This document shows, in pieces, positions 17,499-25,911 of a DNA stretch of 64,000 nt. Position numbers and translations under genes: made by a program. How positions within the stretch are numbered: the stretch's first letter is position 1; each line of letters starts with the position of its first letter. Source of the DNA: a virus; the IMG/VR virus record IMGVR_UViG_3300028840_002420, positions 1-64,000 of that record. The stretch is one strand, 5' to 3'. Under the pieces are notes generated by a model that ran no database searches, was not told the origin of the DNA, and saw nothing but the letters and a program-made list of their open reading frames with translations.

Positions 17499-17962
17499 GC
17501 GGAATCACCACACGGGGCTGGGGTGTCCGCGCGGGCTTGATTACCACGCTGGGCTGGGGCGGCAGTGCTGGGGCGCCGGCGCAGCAGCCGTACCTTCCGC
17601 CTCCTGAGATTGTCGAGTCGCTCGAGCTGCGGCCGGAGATCATCTCTGAACGGGACGAAGATTTGCCGTCTCTGGACGCGCTGCAGCTCCGTCCGGAGCT
17701 TGGCGGCTGTCGAGATGAATTGGTGCCGGAAGTTTCCGCAGACGAGCTAGTACCTCAACTGGCTTCGTCTGAGGACGCTTTGCGGCCGGGGACTGCGGCG
17801 AAGGAGCTGCGGCCGGAGCTTGTTGCGGAAGAGGACAGCCCGGTTCCGCAGACGAGTGCAAAGGAATTGGTGCCGGCTGCGGAGTCCGATCGTTCCGATC
17901 TGGCGCCGCGGATGGTAAGTTCTGGGGAGTTGGTGCCCGAGACCGACACGGGAGATGACTGA
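17495..17962 (+). CDS. Acidic repeat protein (about 8 x EL[R/V]P)
   Basis: ITTRGWG/ITTLGWG N-terminus followed by periodic ELxP units. Confidence 0.55.
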   Translation: MSGITTRGWGVRAGLITTLGWGGSAGAPAQQPYLPPPEIVESLELRPEIISERDEDLPSLDALQLRPELGGCRDELVPEVSADELVPQLASSEDALRPGTAAKELRPELVAEEDSPVPQTSAKELVPAAESDRSDLAPRMVSSGELVPETDTGDD

Positions 17963-18987
17963 TGGCCACAGTGATCAAGCTCAAAATCGCGGTCGATGAG
18001 CTCGACAACGTTCTCAAAAGCTTCAATAGAATCAAGGTCTATCGAAGCACGACGGGCATCAATGGGACGTACACGGAGCTGACGACGGTTGCAACGCGGA
18101 TCGTTCTCACGTCGGGTGTCGAGCTGTACGAGTTCGACGATACCGCTGGGGAAATCACCTATTATTATAAGACTTCTTACTACGACGCGGATTCCGGGCT
18201 CGAGTCGAACCTATCCGATCCGCGGCTCGGTGATGATCCATCGCTGGGCAACATCCTGACGATCAGCGAGCTGAAGCAGGTCTTTCTGTTTGGGCTGGAC
18301 CTGACGGATGATGCCGGCAATCCGTTTCCTGATGCGATGTTCGAGTGGGGGATCCGGTCGGCTATCGCATGGCTCGAGCGGCGGCTGGACATTCTGATCC
18401 GCCCGACGGTGTTCACCGATGAGCGTTACGACTACTACCGGGGCGATTATCTGACCTGGACGATTATCAATCTGCGAGAAAGTCCAGTGATCTCGGTCGA
18501 GGCGGTCAAGGTGATGTGGCCGAGTAACACGGCCGTGATCGAGTTTCCGGCCGATTGGATCCAGCTGCGGCCGGACGCGGGGCAAGTCAACATCGTGCCG
18601 TCCAGCGGGACGCTTTCGCAGGTGCTGCTGACCGCGGGGGGTTCGTTCCTTTCGCTCGTTGCCAGCGGGCGCGATTTTGTCCCCAACATCCTGTCAGTGG
18701 ATTTCACGGCCGGCTTTGCGGAGGGGCAGGTTCCGCAGGATATTCGCGATGCGATCGGCAAGCTGGCTGCGTTTGCTCCGCTCAATGTCGCCGGCGACCT
18801 GATCGTGGGTGCAGGCATCGCATCGACGAGTATCGGCATCGACGGGCTGAGCCAGTCGATCAACACGACCAGTTCGGCGACCAACGCCGGTTATGGGGCG
18901 AGGCTGACGCAGTACGAAAAAGAGCTGAAGATGGTCATGCCTGTACTCGAGAAGTATTACAAGGGCCTACGGTTAACGGCGTTGTAG
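17962..18987 (+). CDS. Head-tail adaptor/neck protein
   Basis: LFGLDL.D..G.PF.D......I..AI...E..L...GAGIAS.SI.IDGLSQS..TT.SA...GYGAR...Y matches Herelleviridae-like neck proteins. Confidence 0.7.
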   Translation: MATVIKLKIAVDELDNVLKSFNRIKVYRSTTGINGTYTELTTVATRIVLTSGVELYEFDDTAGEITYYYKTSYYDADSGLESNLSDPRLGDDPSLGNILTISELKQVFLFGLDLTDDAGNPFPDAMFEWGIRSAIAWLERRLDILIRPTVFTDERYDYYRGDYLTWTIINLRESPVISVEAVKVMWPSNTAVIEFPADWIQLRPDAGQVNIVPSSGTLSQVLLTAGGSFLSLVASGRDFVPNILSVDFTAGFAEGQVPQDIRDAIGKLAAFAPLNVAGDLIVGAGIASTSIGIDGLSQSINTTSSATNAGYGARLTQYEKELKMVMPVLEKYYKGLRLTAL

Positions 18988-19000
18988 GAGAGGCGAGGCG

Positions 19001-19834
19001 ATGACTCTGACACCCAGGATCATCACGGGGCTGCCCAGCGGTATCAAGCCGCGGCCTCGTGCGGATTTCCGTCCGACCGAGTTTGACAAGGCGATTGCGA
19101 CCAAGGGCTACCGGGTGTATTGGAGCCGCGCGGCGGTCTGCCCCTGCCGGAACAACGAGCAGACCGATCAGCCGGATCCGACGTGCTCGCTGTGTCGGGG
19201 CTACGGGTATCTGTATTTCCTACCTGATCCCGCGCTGTCCGCGTCTTCGCAGGATGCGGAAGGCAATCCGATCATCCTCAACGAGGCACAGGACGGGGTG
19301 CTCATCTGGGTGCTGATGACGCAGCTCACCCAGGACGTGCAGGTGTTCGAGAAGTTCGGTGAGTGGGTGTTCGGGATGGCCCGATGTTCCGCCCAGCCTC
19401 AAAATCGGCTTGGGTATCGCGATCGGCTTGTGGCCGTTGATTCGGAAATGGTGTGGGCTCAGCTGATCGAAGCGGACGGCACGAACCAGATCCAGGTGGT
19501 CGGAGCCTACAAAGGCGGGGGGCCGATCAGCAAAGGCCTCCGATATGGGCTGTTGGTGGTCAATCTGCTCCGCAGTGCGTCCACAACCTACCAGCAGGGG
19601 GTCGACTTCACGCTGTCAGAAGTGGGCGGAATTAACTGGATGGCGACTCCTCCCGACGAAGGGACACTGCTGACAGTGCACGGCTACATCCATCCGCAGT
19701 GGGTGGTGATGGACCACGTGCACTCGGTCCGGGATACCGTCATCGCGGGCTCGACGCCATCCGTCCACACGCAAGAATTCCGCAAGCTGCCCGTCCAGGT
19801 GGTCGCAACGCTCGACTTCCTTGCAGACGCTTGA
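19001..19834 (+). CDS. Head closure/neck protein with zinc finger
   Basis: W.RA..CPC......P...C..C.G.G..Y. Confidence 0.65.
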   Translation: MTLTPRIITGLPSGIKPRPRADFRPTEFDKAIATKGYRVYWSRAAVCPCRNNEQTDQPDPTCSLCRGYGYLYFLPDPALSASSQDAEGNPIILNEAQDGVLIWVLMTQLTQDVQVFEKFGEWVFGMARCSAQPQNRLGYRDRLVAVDSEMVWAQLIEADGTNQIQVVGAYKGGGPISKGLRYGLLVVNLLRSASTTYQQGVDFTLSEVGGINWMATPPDEGTLLTVHGYIHPQWVVMDHVHSVRDTVIAGSTPSVHTQEFRKLPVQVVATLDFLADA

Positions 19835-19852
19835 TAGATTGCGGACGTTCAT

Positions 19853-20650
19853 ATGATCACGGTCGACTTTCAGGCGCTTATTCCGCAATCACTCCTAGCC
19901 CTGATTGGCGGTAATGCCTTCCTTCAGCAAGTCCTGGATGATATTGCGTCTTCTGCTCGAGCAAAGTGGATTCGGTTGGCTCAGCAGAGCTTGCGGAGCA
20001 GCAAGCGGGACTATATCGAGGGGATACAGGACATCGAGGGTGCGGGTGCGGAACGGTCGATCGCGCTGGTTGGGTGGTTAGCCAACGCTGTTGAGTCCGG
20101 GATGCCGTCGAGGGACTTGCGGACGACGCTGCTGCAGAACACCCGATCGGGAACGCGGGGAGGTGTCCGGATCTCCAAGGATGGCTCGCGGTACCGTTCG
20201 ATCCCGTTTCGACATGGTACGCCAGGCTCGAGCGGGCAGGCTGGACAGCCGATGGGCCGGCGCTACGGTCCGCAAGGTGCCGCTAGCTTCGCGCATGCTG
20301 CGGAAGGCTCGATGGACAAAGGCCAGGCCGCGCAGCTCGGGAAGCGGATTTATTCGCTGGCCAAGCAGCTCCGGCCGGGTCAACGGTTGGCGGCCGGGCA
20401 CGCTCCGCGGTTGGCGCCGTGGCATCAGACGGATGTGTTCGCGGGGATGCAGCGGACGCGGAAGACCTACGGCCGGTCCACGCAGTCGCATTACTCGACT
20501 TTCCGCACGATCAGCGAGGCCAATCCAACAGGCTGGATTCACCCAGGGATTCAAGGGCGCCATTTGATCCCACAGGTTGAGGAGCACGTCCGGAAGATCA
20601 TTCCGGCGACGATCGGGGCCGCAATCAAGGCGGCATTGGGGGATCTCTGA
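19853..20650 (+). CDS. Neck/tail completion protein
   Basis: Y..IPFRH.TP...Y.TFRT.S......WIHPG. Confidence 0.6.
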   Translation: MITVDFQALIPQSLLALIGGNAFLQQVLDDIASSARAKWIRLAQQSLRSSKRDYIEGIQDIEGAGAERSIALVGWLANAVESGMPSRDLRTTLLQNTRSGTRGGVRISKDGSRYRSIPFRHGTPGSSGQAGQPMGRRYGPQGAASFAHAAEGSMDKGQAAQLGKRIYSLAKQLRPGQRLAAGHAPRLAPWHQTDVFAGMQRTRKTYGRSTQSHYSTFRTISEANPTGWIHPGIQGRHLIPQVEEHVRKIIPATIGAAIKAALGDL

Positions 20651-21381
20651 TGTCGATGGCCGAGCGCCGAATTTACGAGGTGATCGAGGACGGCTTGCAG
20701 GTCTTCAAAGACGATCCGGCTGCGCTCGAGCTGTGGGCTTTGGAGTCGCTCGAGCTCGATGCTACGGAAGCGGCCAAGCTCCGGTTGTATTTCGCTGGAG
20801 GGACAAACGCGGACGGTGACACGATCGAGGCGAGGCCTCCAATCTTGGTCCACGGCTACCCCAGAGTAGACGGGCCGTTTCCATGCTGGGCTATGACGCT
20901 GGGTGCGGAAGCGATTGAGCAGGATTACCTGGGTAAAGACGCGCCGTTTCTCGATTCGGACGGTGAGAAGTACTACGACAGCCGGTCCGGGGAGGTCGTC
21001 GATCCGAAGGCTCGAAGACTGCAGTATCGGTACGAACTCCTGGTAATCACAGACCATCCCGACATCACGGTGTACTACTACCACCTTCTGAAGCTGATCC
21101 TGATGGCCAATCAGAGCACGCTGGAGGAGAAGGATGTCGAGGACATGGGCTTTTCTGGGGCCGATGTTGCTCCAGACCCACGGTATTTGCCACCCGACGT
21201 GTTCACGCGGGTGCTGTCGATAACCGTTTCCGGGGATGAGGTTTGGTGCGAGAATCTCCGGGAAACGTACGCGAACCGGGTTTCCGGAATCGCGCTTGAT
21301 GACACCGGCGAAGGGGTCACTGCTGGCGATGAAGATGCTGCTGTCACGGCCAAGATGACCGTTTCGATCGAGGGGAGCTGA
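20650..21381 (+). CDS. Tail terminator-like protein
   Basis: GYPR....P......L..E...LG and SG.D..P...Y.P...F.R.L motifs; position before the sheath. Confidence 0.55.
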   Translation: MSMAERRIYEVIEDGLQVFKDDPAALELWALESLELDATEAAKLRLYFAGGTNADGDTIEARPPILVHGYPRVDGPFPCWAMTLGAEAIEQDYLGKDAPFLDSDGEKYYDSRSGEVVDPKARRLQYRYELLVITDHPDITVYYYHLLKLILMANQSTLEEKDVEDMGFSGADVAPDPRYLPPDVFTRVLSITVSGDEVWCENLRETYANRVSGIALDDTGEGVTAGDEDAAVTAKMTVSIEGS

Positions 21382-21382
21382 C

Positions 21383-22057
21383 ATGGCGAAGCCAAAGACG
21401 CGCAGGCCACCCAAGAAATCGCCCGATAATGGGGTTGTCACGTCCGCGGAGCCGCTCGAGAGCGCTTCGGAGGCCGAAGTCTCCCCAGAAGAGGGCTCGA
21501 AGGAAAAAACCGCAGAGGAGAAGCCAGCGGCTCTTCCAGAGGGCGACATCCGGGTCATTTGCCAGGATGAGGGCGCGGTTATCTCGGACGCGGACGGTAA
21601 GCCGGTCGGGAAGTTCCCGCAGAAGCTGCCGCGGCCAAAGAAGCCGACGTTGTACTGGGTGGACGGACCGCAATGTAAGCGGCGCCAGTTGGTGCTTCGT
21701 GCGGACTCGCCATCCGAGCTGGAGGTGGCGTTGCGGCGGGTGTCGTTGCGGACAATGCCTGCACCGGTCGCCAAGGAAGCCAAAGCTGCTGCCAAAAAGC
21801 ATGCGGACGCGATCGAGAAGGCTATCGCTGCTGCGGAAGCGAACCGAGGCAAGCCGGGGTTCCGCAAGCCGCCAAAGCAGGAAGTTCCCGATATCAAGAT
21901 CACAGCCCGACAGTACGTGCGTTCTCGCGGATTCCGCTGGGAGCAGTGTGCGGGCTTTCTGCACGACATGAAGGTTCAGCACGGAGCTGGAGCAAAGAAA
22001 ACCCGCCCCGAGTGGCTGCAGCTCTGGGAGGCTTTCAAAACCAGGCCGGTCAAGTAA
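21383..22057 (+). CDS. Hypothetical protein
   Basis: Tightly packed ORF; C-terminal W..LWE.F..RPV. Confidence 0.55.
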   Translation: MAKPKTRRPPKKSPDNGVVTSAEPLESASEAEVSPEEGSKEKTAEEKPAALPEGDIRVICQDEGAVISDADGKPVGKFPQKLPRPKKPTLYWVDGPQCKRRQLVLRADSPSELEVALRRVSLRTMPAPVAKEAKAAAKKHADAIEKAIAAAEANRGKPGFRKPPKQEVPDIKITARQYVRSRGFRWEQCAGFLHDMKVQHGAGAKKTRPEWLQLWEAFKTRPVK

Positions 22058-22069
22058 GGAGAGCATCCA

Positions 22070-24409
22070 ATGGCGCCAACCTCGATATTTTTCAATGGAA
22101 GGCTCATCTCGGTTCCGGGCTCGTACACCGAAGTCGATGCCAGCGGGCTCGAAGTCGTCGGCCTGGGTGCTTCCGGAATCGTAGCCCTGTTGGGTACGAG
22201 CTACGGAGGCAAACCGTACAGCGCGGTCGACGTGAGCGACGCGAAGGGCAACAGCCAGGTCGCGACGAGTCCACGGCAGCCGTTCAACTTCTTCCGAGAG
22301 GGCGATCTGCGCGAAGCCGCTCCGCTGTGCTTCGGCCCGAGTCTCGATCCGGACATCACGGGCGGCGCTCAGGAAATCGTTTTCGTCAAGATCAACGACG
22401 CCACGCAAAGTTCGGCGACGTTCGATAACGTCGACGGGGCGGCTCTGGTTCTCACATCGGAGGACTGGGGCTACTTCACGACGCAGATCAACGTGGAGAT
22501 CGCCGCTGGCACGAGCCAAGGCAAGCTCATCACGATCGTCTTCGAGGACCTGGAAGAGGAATTCGACGACGTGGGTGGAGATACCATCTTCACGCTGCAG
22601 TACCTGGCGACAACGCCGGCCGATGGCTTCACGACCATCACGTGCACGATCGACTCGGCGCGGTTGGATGCGGACTTCACGCGCACCCAGACGGGCCTTG
22701 ACGGCGAGGTCTCCAATCAGGTCACAGCCGGTCAAGCGATCGAGCTGCTGTCCAGCTCCGGATCGGACACGGCCGTGCAGGTGCGGCTGTACGGTACGGA
22801 CGCAAGCAACCAGGCTCAGGTAGCGACCTACACGTTGACCGGGGTGACCGTGGTCACGACCACCGAGACGTGGAACAGCTTCCATGGTGCGGAAGTCGTG
22901 GTGGGGACGCTGGTCGGTACCTGCACGATCCAGAACGTGTCAGCGGCTTCGACCATCGCGACCATCGCGCCGGCCGGTACTGAAGCGGCGGTGGAGTTCA
23001 CCAGCGATACGCCGGTCAGCGGTTCCGTAATCACGGTGGTTGCGGACGCTGCGGATACGTCGCGGATCACGATCACTGGGCTCAGCTCGACCGGGACATT
23101 CCAGACCGAGATGCTGCAGCTCAACGGGACAACTCCCGTGCCGGGCACGGCGCTTTGGTCTCGAATAGATGGGCTGGCGCTCGGAGAGCTGGCGGCTGCT
23201 CGAACGGTGACGGTCAGTGGCGTGGCGATCGACCTGCCCTACACCAGTTATCCGACCATCCAAAAGATGGCCGACAAGCTCAACAGCACGTTGGGCTTCA
23301 CGATGACTGTGAGCGTGTCCAATCCGTCGACGCATCCGAGCGACGAGCTGGATCACTTTACGGCGGTCGATATCAAGTCGGCGGCTATCCTGACGGTAAC
23401 CGCGGACCTGAAGGCGATCGTGGACAAGCTCAATGCCGAGTCCGAGCTGGTTACGGCCGCGTTCGGTTCGGTGGCCAGCGGGCCGCCCGACAACACGACG
23501 GCCGCGGTGTTCCTCGCAGGCGGTCACGAGGGCGATTCGACGCCGGGCAGCGAGGGTGTCCCGTACACCGAAGCTGCGGACTGGCAGGCAGGCTTCGACC
23601 TGCTCAACAAGATCCGCGTCAATACCGTGGTTCCGTTGACGGGTGATCCAGCCGTGCACGCGATGGCGCTGGCACATTGTCAGTACAACGCTGGGTACGG
23701 CCGGAGCGAGCGCGATTGCTTCGTCGGGCTGCGCGGAGTGGTGGATACGACCGACGTTCCGACCAAGACCGAAGCCAAAAGCGCGATCACGTCGCTCAAC
23801 AGCCGTCACATCCGGGCGTGTGCTCAGACGGTCGAGCGCTACAACACGTCCGGGGACCTGGAAGAGTTCCAAGCTCCATTCCAGGCGGTCATCGGCGCGG
23901 GGATGCAAGCCGGGTCTCCAGTCGGGACCAGCCTGACGCACAAGGTCGCCAACGTCGTCAAGATCCGCCAGGACAGCTCGTGGAATCCGTCCGACGATGC
24001 GGAAGAGATGATCAAGGCGGGCCTCTGGTTCATGGAGGTCGTTGACGAGACGGGAGTTCGTCGCGTCAAGCGCAACGTCACAACGCATTTGTCGACGAGC
24101 AACATCGCTTACACCGAGGGTTCGGTAAACGAGGCGGTCAACTACTCCGTCTACAACTTCCGGACCACGATGGAGGCCTTCGTTGGCAAGAGCGGCTTCG
24201 CTGGGACGGTCAACGCGGCCAAGGGCAAAGCGGTCAACGTGCTGGGCTTGCTCATCGGTGTGTCTCTGACCGCGTGGAGGTCGCTGGACATCCAGCTGAT
24301 CCTCGACGTGCTGGAGATTGCTGTCGAGATCAGCCCAGTGATTCCGATCAACTTCGTGCAGAGCACGATTCACCTGGTCGCCATCCCGCAGAGCGCGGCA
24401 GCGGCATAA
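22070..24409 (+). CDS. Tail sheath protein
   Basis: FNG.....PG.Y..VD.SGL...A..G...GG.P N-terminus and sheath-type C-terminus (P..PINFV); 779 aa. Confidence 0.9.
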   Translation: MAPTSIFFNGRLISVPGSYTEVDASGLEVVGLGASGIVALLGTSYGGKPYSAVDVSDAKGNSQVATSPRQPFNFFREGDLREAAPLCFGPSLDPDITGGAQEIVFVKINDATQSSATFDNVDGAALVLTSEDWGYFTTQINVEIAAGTSQGKLITIVFEDLEEEFDDVGGDTIFTLQYLATTPADGFTTITCTIDSARLDADFTRTQTGLDGEVSNQVTAGQAIELLSSSGSDTAVQVRLYGTDASNQAQVATYTLTGVTVVTTTETWNSFHGAEVVVGTLVGTCTIQNVSAASTIATIAPAGTEAAVEFTSDTPVSGSVITVVADAADTSRITITGLSSTGTFQTEMLQLNGTTPVPGTALWSRIDGLALGELAAARTVTVSGVAIDLPYTSYPTIQKMADKLNSTLGFTMTVSVSNPSTHPSDELDHFTAVDIKSAAILTVTADLKAIVDKLNAESELVTAAFGSVASGPPDNTTAAVFLAGGHEGDSTPGSEGVPYTEAADWQAGFDLLNKIRVNTVVPLTGDPAVHAMALAHCQYNAGYGRSERDCFVGLRGVVDTTDVPTKTEAKSAITSLNSRHIRACAQTVERYNTSGDLEEFQAPFQAVIGAGMQAGSPVGTSLTHKVANVVKIRQDSSWNPSDDAEEMIKAGLWFMEVVDETGVRRVKRNVTTHLSTSNIAYTEGSVNEAVNYSVYNFRTTMEAFVGKSGFAGTVNAAKGKAVNVLGLLIGVSLTAWRSLDIQLILDVLEIAVEISPVIPINFVQSTIHLVAIPQSAAAA

Positions 24410-24441
24410 ACCGGGCCAGCGGGTCCGCATAGGAGCGAACG

Positions 24442-24894
24442 ATGCCAGGAGAGAAAGGCCGAGTATTCACCGGCGCGCGTGCCCGCTTCTCGATCGAAGG
24501 GAGCCGAGTGGGCTTCGCCACCAACTGTGCCGGGTCTGAGGAGATCCAATACGATCCGGTCGAGGTGCTCGATAACATCGAGGTCGACGAGTTCGTACCG
24601 GTCGCATATCGCGTCACCTTCACCAGCTCGCAGATCCGCGTGGTCGGTGAGACGATCAAGAGCCAAGGGTTCTTCCCCACGGCGGGAACCACGACCGAAG
24701 AGCACTTGCAGAATATCTTGCTGCAGGGCGACCTAGTGGCCACCATCGAGGACACCAAAACGCAGAAATTGGTGATGACGCTCGAGCAGATGAAGGTTGC
24801 GAGCCGCAACTTCACGATCAACGCGCGGGGCATCGTCGGTAAGGATGTGACCTACGTTGCCGTGCGGATGAAGGATGAGAGCGAAGTTTCCTAA
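24442..24894 (+). CDS. Tail tube protein
   Basis: VFTGARARF.I.G..VGFA......EEI...PVEVL....V.E.VPV.Y; follows the sheath. Confidence 0.85.
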   Translation: MPGEKGRVFTGARARFSIEGSRVGFATNCAGSEEIQYDPVEVLDNIEVDEFVPVAYRVTFTSSQIRVVGETIKSQGFFPTAGTTTEEHLQNILLQGDLVATIEDTKTQKLVMTLEQMKVASRNFTINARGIVGKDVTYVAVRMKDESEVS

Positions 24895-24977
24895 CCTCGT
24901 AGGAGGTGATTGACGCTGTAGGCGCTGGCGCATAGGGCGTCCGCCGTTCAGCGGAGGCTCCTAGCCAGGAGCTGAAC

Positions 24978-25439
24978 ATGTCGACCGACACGGCCGCCAT
25001 TCCTGAGCTGCCGCGTGCTTCCGAGGCCGCGGCCAAGCTCGAGGGCAAATCGCCCGACGAATCTATCCCGAACGACAACCCAAAGGACCGGAAGGAATAC
25101 ACCTTCCAGTTCGATTGGACCGATGCGCGCGGACATCGCTGGCTCGGGGAGTTCACGAACCGGATCTTGTCCATCCGAGAGCGTCAGCGTCAGAAGGTGC
25201 TGAAGGCTCAGATGAGCGGCAATGTTCCGGTGCAGGCGTTGGACGCCGATGCTTGGACGCTCAATGAGATGATCAGTCACATGACCATCTCGCTGATCAA
25301 ACGGCCGGACTGGGCGAAGCATCTAGATGACTTACTCGATGAGGTGCTGATCGAGCAGCTGTATGAGGAGGTAGCCTCGCACGAGGCGACCTTTCATCGA
25401 CGGGGAGAGGATTCGGGCAAGGGCGAGAAGGCTCCATAA
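24978..25439 (+). CDS. Tail assembly chaperone (G-like)
   Basis: Between tube and tape measure; L..SL..RP.W...L..LY.EV...E..F. Confidence 0.7.
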   Translation: MSTDTAAIPELPRASEAAAKLEGKSPDESIPNDNPKDRKEYTFQFDWTDARGHRWLGEFTNRILSIRERQRQKVLKAQMSGNVPVQALDADAWTLNEMISHMTISLIKRPDWAKHLDDLLDEVLIEQLYEEVASHEATFHRRGEDSGKGEKAP

Positions 25440-25911
25440 AGCACCACACGGCTCGCTGCGCCTTTGGCACATGAGCCGATACAAGCCCTATGGCCAGGTC
25501 CCGTTCGAAGACAGGACGCTGGGAGGGCTGTTAGAGGAGTACTATTTTGCGATTGCTCTGGAGGTCGAAAATCTTCGGGGGCAGTCAGGAGAGCTGGATG
25601 CGGATGACTTGGATCGTCTCGGGCGCTTGGAGGAAGAGCTACGGCCGAAGGTCGGGGAGCGAAGCTCGTTGCGCGGACTGTCCGAGCACCAATCACTCGA
25701 AGTGTGGAATACGCCGCACTACACGGGCGATCCGCTCACCGATTACTGGGAGTACCGAATCAGCCATGACCTGCTCGATCCAGAGGAGCTTGATTTGAAG
25801 GCGCCACCAGACCGTGGGATGTGGAATGAGCCTTGGTCGTTGATTCGGCCACAGGTCAAGCTGCTGCCGAAGCGTCGTCTGCAGGCGGCTGATTTCGTGG
25901 AGGCTGCCTAA
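25393..25911 (+). CDS. Tail assembly chaperone extension (T-like), probably reached by +1 frameshift
   Basis: The +1 frame is open 25375-25911; ACC-TTT-CAT-C at 25389-25398; TAATG overlap with the tape measure gene. Confidence 0.55.
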   Translation, partial: FIDGERIRARARRLHKAPHGSLRLWHMSRYKPYGQVPFEDRTLGGLLEEYYFAIALEVENLRGQSGELDADDLDRLGRLEEELRPKVGERSSLRGLSEHQSLEVWNTPHYTGDPLTDYWEYRISHDLLDPEELDLKAPPDRGMWNEPWSLIRPQVKLLPKRRLQAADFVEAA

